Position numbers and translations under genes: made by a program
Notes under the pieces: generated by a model
Told to the model about the DNA's origin: nothing
What the model saw: only the letters and a program-made list of their open reading frames with translations
The model's database searches: none
From: Actinomycetales bacterium
GTDB taxonomy: Bacteria; Actinomycetota; Actinomycetes; S36-B12
DNA length: 64,000 bases
Assembly: GCA_016125355.1 (NCBI GenBank)
Contig: WGLX01000015.1
Location: forward strand, 19,044 to 83,043
Direction of reading: 5' to 3'
In this document: one piece after another, positions 62,183 through 64,000 of the stretch
Numbering within the stretch: position 1 is the stretch's first letter
Layout: the number at the start of each line of letters is the position of its first letter

Positions 62183-63425
62183 GAGGGGCGGAGACGTCGA
62201 TGCCGAAGAGGGTGTGCACCGCCTTGCTGTAGTCCGCGAAGTCCCCGGTGCGGGCGAGCTCCTGCGCACGCACGGACGGTGTGTGCAGGATCGCGTTGGA
62301 CACCCGGTTCAATGACCGGGCGACCTCCTCGGCGGTGTCGGGGTCCACACGGCGGCGAATGCGCTCGATCTCCTCGCCGATGATGCCCATGACGTGAGCC
62401 CGCATGGCGACGATGGCATGGTCCGCGCTGCGCCCGGTCTCGTTGTCCTCGAACTCCCGCACCGACGACAGCACGATCTCCTGGGCCTCGAGGATGGCGC
62501 TGGAGTGCTCCCGCGGGGCGATGTCGTGGATGACCTGGAGGTCGACGACGTCGACATTGGGCAGGGCGCGAACCTCGGGGGACACGTCCGGGGTGAGGGC
62601 GAGGTCGAGCATCGGCAGCACGCGATCTGCAGCAGCGCCGGAGGCCGCCATGAGCGGCAGGTCGATGAGGTGGTGCGGTGCGCCGCTGCAAGCCGCTACG
62701 AGATCCACGGAGGCGAGGGCGTCGGCGAGGTCGTTCACCTCGACGGGATGCACGTCGTGCGACTGCGCGAACTGTGCGGCCCGGCCAGAGGCGGAGAACA
62801 CCGAGATGTCCGTGCACCCGCGACGTTGCAGGGTGGCGATCACGACCCGCGCGTATGAGCCGGTGCCGAGGACGAGCGCGCGGGTGCCCGCCACCGGTCC
62901 ATGGCGCTCCTCGACGACGTCGAGGCCGACGCTGACGATGGACCGGCCGGCTGCTCCCAGTCCCGTGTTGCTGCTCACCTGCTTGGAGGTGGCCAGCGCG
63001 CGCTGCAGGAGTCGCTCGAGCGTGGGGGTCGTGGTACCAGCCGACTGCGCGTCCGCGAGGGCATGACGCACCTGCCCGGCGATCTCGTCCTCGCCGACCA
63101 CCATGGACTCGAGGCCGGAGGCCACGGAGAACAGGTGCTGGGACACCGACGTGCCGACAACCACCCGCATCGCATCGACCACGAAGTCGCGGTCGACCCC
63201 GGCCTGCGCGGCGATGGTCTCGGTCGTGTGGTCGACCGCATCGTGGAATCGCTGGAGGTCGAGGTACACCTCGAAGCGGTTGCACGTCGACAGCACCACG
63301 GCGCCTGAGATGTCCTCGCTGGACTGGACCAGCCGCTGCACCAGGCCGCTCTCCGCGGCGGCAAGGCGGTCCAACTCCTCGAAGCTGACGTCGTGGTGAC
63401 TGGCTCCCACCAGCACCAAGACCAT
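62175..63425 (-). CDS. hemA: Glutamyl-tRNA reductase
   Basis: 416 aa. MVLVLVGASHHDVSFEELD, catalytic STCNRFEVY and NADPH-binding VLGTGSYA. Confidence 0.9.
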   Translation of the reverse strand: MVLVLVGASHHDVSFEELDRLAAAESGLVQRLVQSSEDISGAVVLSTCNRFEVYLDLQRFHDAVDHTTETIAAQAGVDRDFVVDAMRVVVGTSVSQHLFSVASGLESMVVGEDEIAGQVRHALADAQSAGTTTPTLERLLQRALATSKQVSSNTGLGAAGRSIVSVGLDVVEERHGPVAGTRALVLGTGSYARVVIATLQRRGCTDISVFSASGRAAQFAQSHDVHPVEVNDLADALASVDLVAACSGAPHHLIDLPLMAASGAAADRVLPMLDLALTPDVSPEVRALPNVDVVDLQVIHDIAPREHSSAILEAQEIVLSSVREFEDNETGRSADHAIVAMRAHVMGIIGEEIERIRRRVDPDTAEEVARSLNRVSNAILHTPSVRAQELARTGDFADYSKAVHTLFGIDVSAPRD

Positions 63426-63479
63426 GGCGGCATAGTACGCACGGCCGTCGTTACCCCTGCCCTCGGATAGGTTGCGGCC

Positions 63480-64000
63480 ATGACGCCCAAGGAGGTCCTG
63501 CCGGCCGACCACCCGCTCCGTGACGGCCGCACGTCGACCTCCCCGCTGATCCGCGCCTATCGGGGTGAGCGGCCCACTCACCGCCCGATATGGATGATGC
63601 GGCAGGCGGGCCGGTCCCTGCCGGAGTACCGCGAGGTGCGCGCCGGCATCCCGATGCTGGAGTCCTGCCTCCGTCCCGACCTGGTGACCGAGATCACCCT
63701 CCAGCCCGTGCGCCGACATGGCGTGGACGCGGCCATCTTCTTCAGCGACATCGTCATCCCCCTGAAGCTGGCAGGGGTCGACGTCGACATCGTGGCCGGC
63801 GTGGGTCCGGTCATGGGGGCGCCGGTGCGCACCGCCGCGGACGTGGAGCGACTGCGTCCGCTGGAGCAGGAGGCCCTGACGCCGATCACCACGGCCGTTG
63901 CGCAGCTGGTCGCGGAGCTGGGGGCGACGCCGCTCATCGGATTCGCCGGGGCGCCGTTCACGCTGGCCTCCTACCTCGTCGAGGGGCGGCCATCGCGCGA
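63480..64000 (+). CDS. hemE: Uroporphyrinogen decarboxylase, N-terminal part (runs off the window)
   Basis: My own translation from ATG 63480: [12 protein letters not shown]...[20 protein letters not shown]...[12 protein letters not shown]. There is no stop before the window end, so it is absent from the ORF track. It is divergent from hemA. Confidence 0.9.
   Translation, partial: MTPKEVLPADHPLRDGRTSTSPLIRAYRGERPTHRPIWMMRQAGRSLPEYREVRAGIPMLESCLRPDLVTEITLQPVRRHGVDAAIFFSDIVIPLKLAGVDVDIVAGVGPVMGAPVRTAADVERLRPLEQEALTPITTAVAQLVAELGATPLIGFAGAPFTLASYLVEGRPSR

Overview
Very GC-rich, densely coding chromosomal segment of an Actinomycetota genome. I call about 60 CDS. I found no rRNA, tRNA, CRISPR array, IS element, transposase or integrase. 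The backbone is the conserved actinobacterial DNA-damage and housekeeping neighbourhood: rimO-pgsA-cinA-clgR, nei-lhr, DUF3046, recA-recX, miaB-miaA, dapF, hflX, lexA, nrdR-nrdJ and hemE/hemA-hemCD. Several accessory blocks appear to be inserted into that backbone. They are: a sulfotransferase+MFS pair between DUF3046 and recA; a PAP2/TetR/MMPL/MFS/GNAT/secreted-protein block between recX and miaB; a PIG-L/GT4 pair between miaA and dapF; an aldo-keto reductase plus an fhs-fdhD-fdsGBA formate module between dapF and hflX; dinG plus an SGNH lipoprotein between hflX and lexA; and a LysR-to-HNH block of about 15 kb between nrdJ and the hem genes. The clearest non-coding signals are four LexA (SOS) boxes at recA, lexA, a ChiZ-like LysM gene and a DUF222/HNH endonuclease gene. 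There is also a RecA-NDp (PafBC-type) promoter match at recA, candidate NrdR and TetR operators, and one strong hairpin terminator. One gene, a SAM methyltransferase, is visibly decayed by two in-frame stops and a frameshift. I found no recognisable defence island, retron, DGR or toxin-antitoxin pair. The best candidates for undescribed biology are three. First, the LexA-gated, apparently leaderless DUF222/HNH nuclease. Second, a translationally coupled zwf-M20-dehydrogenase-kinase-PAS/GGDEF chain. Third, two uncharacterised clusters: a secreted GxCxG protein with DUF4232, and a LysR gene followed by three overlapping membrane-protein genes. All functional calls rest on motif and architecture recognition by eye, with no database search. 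Gene starts are inferred from overlaps and RBS context and may be off by a few codons.
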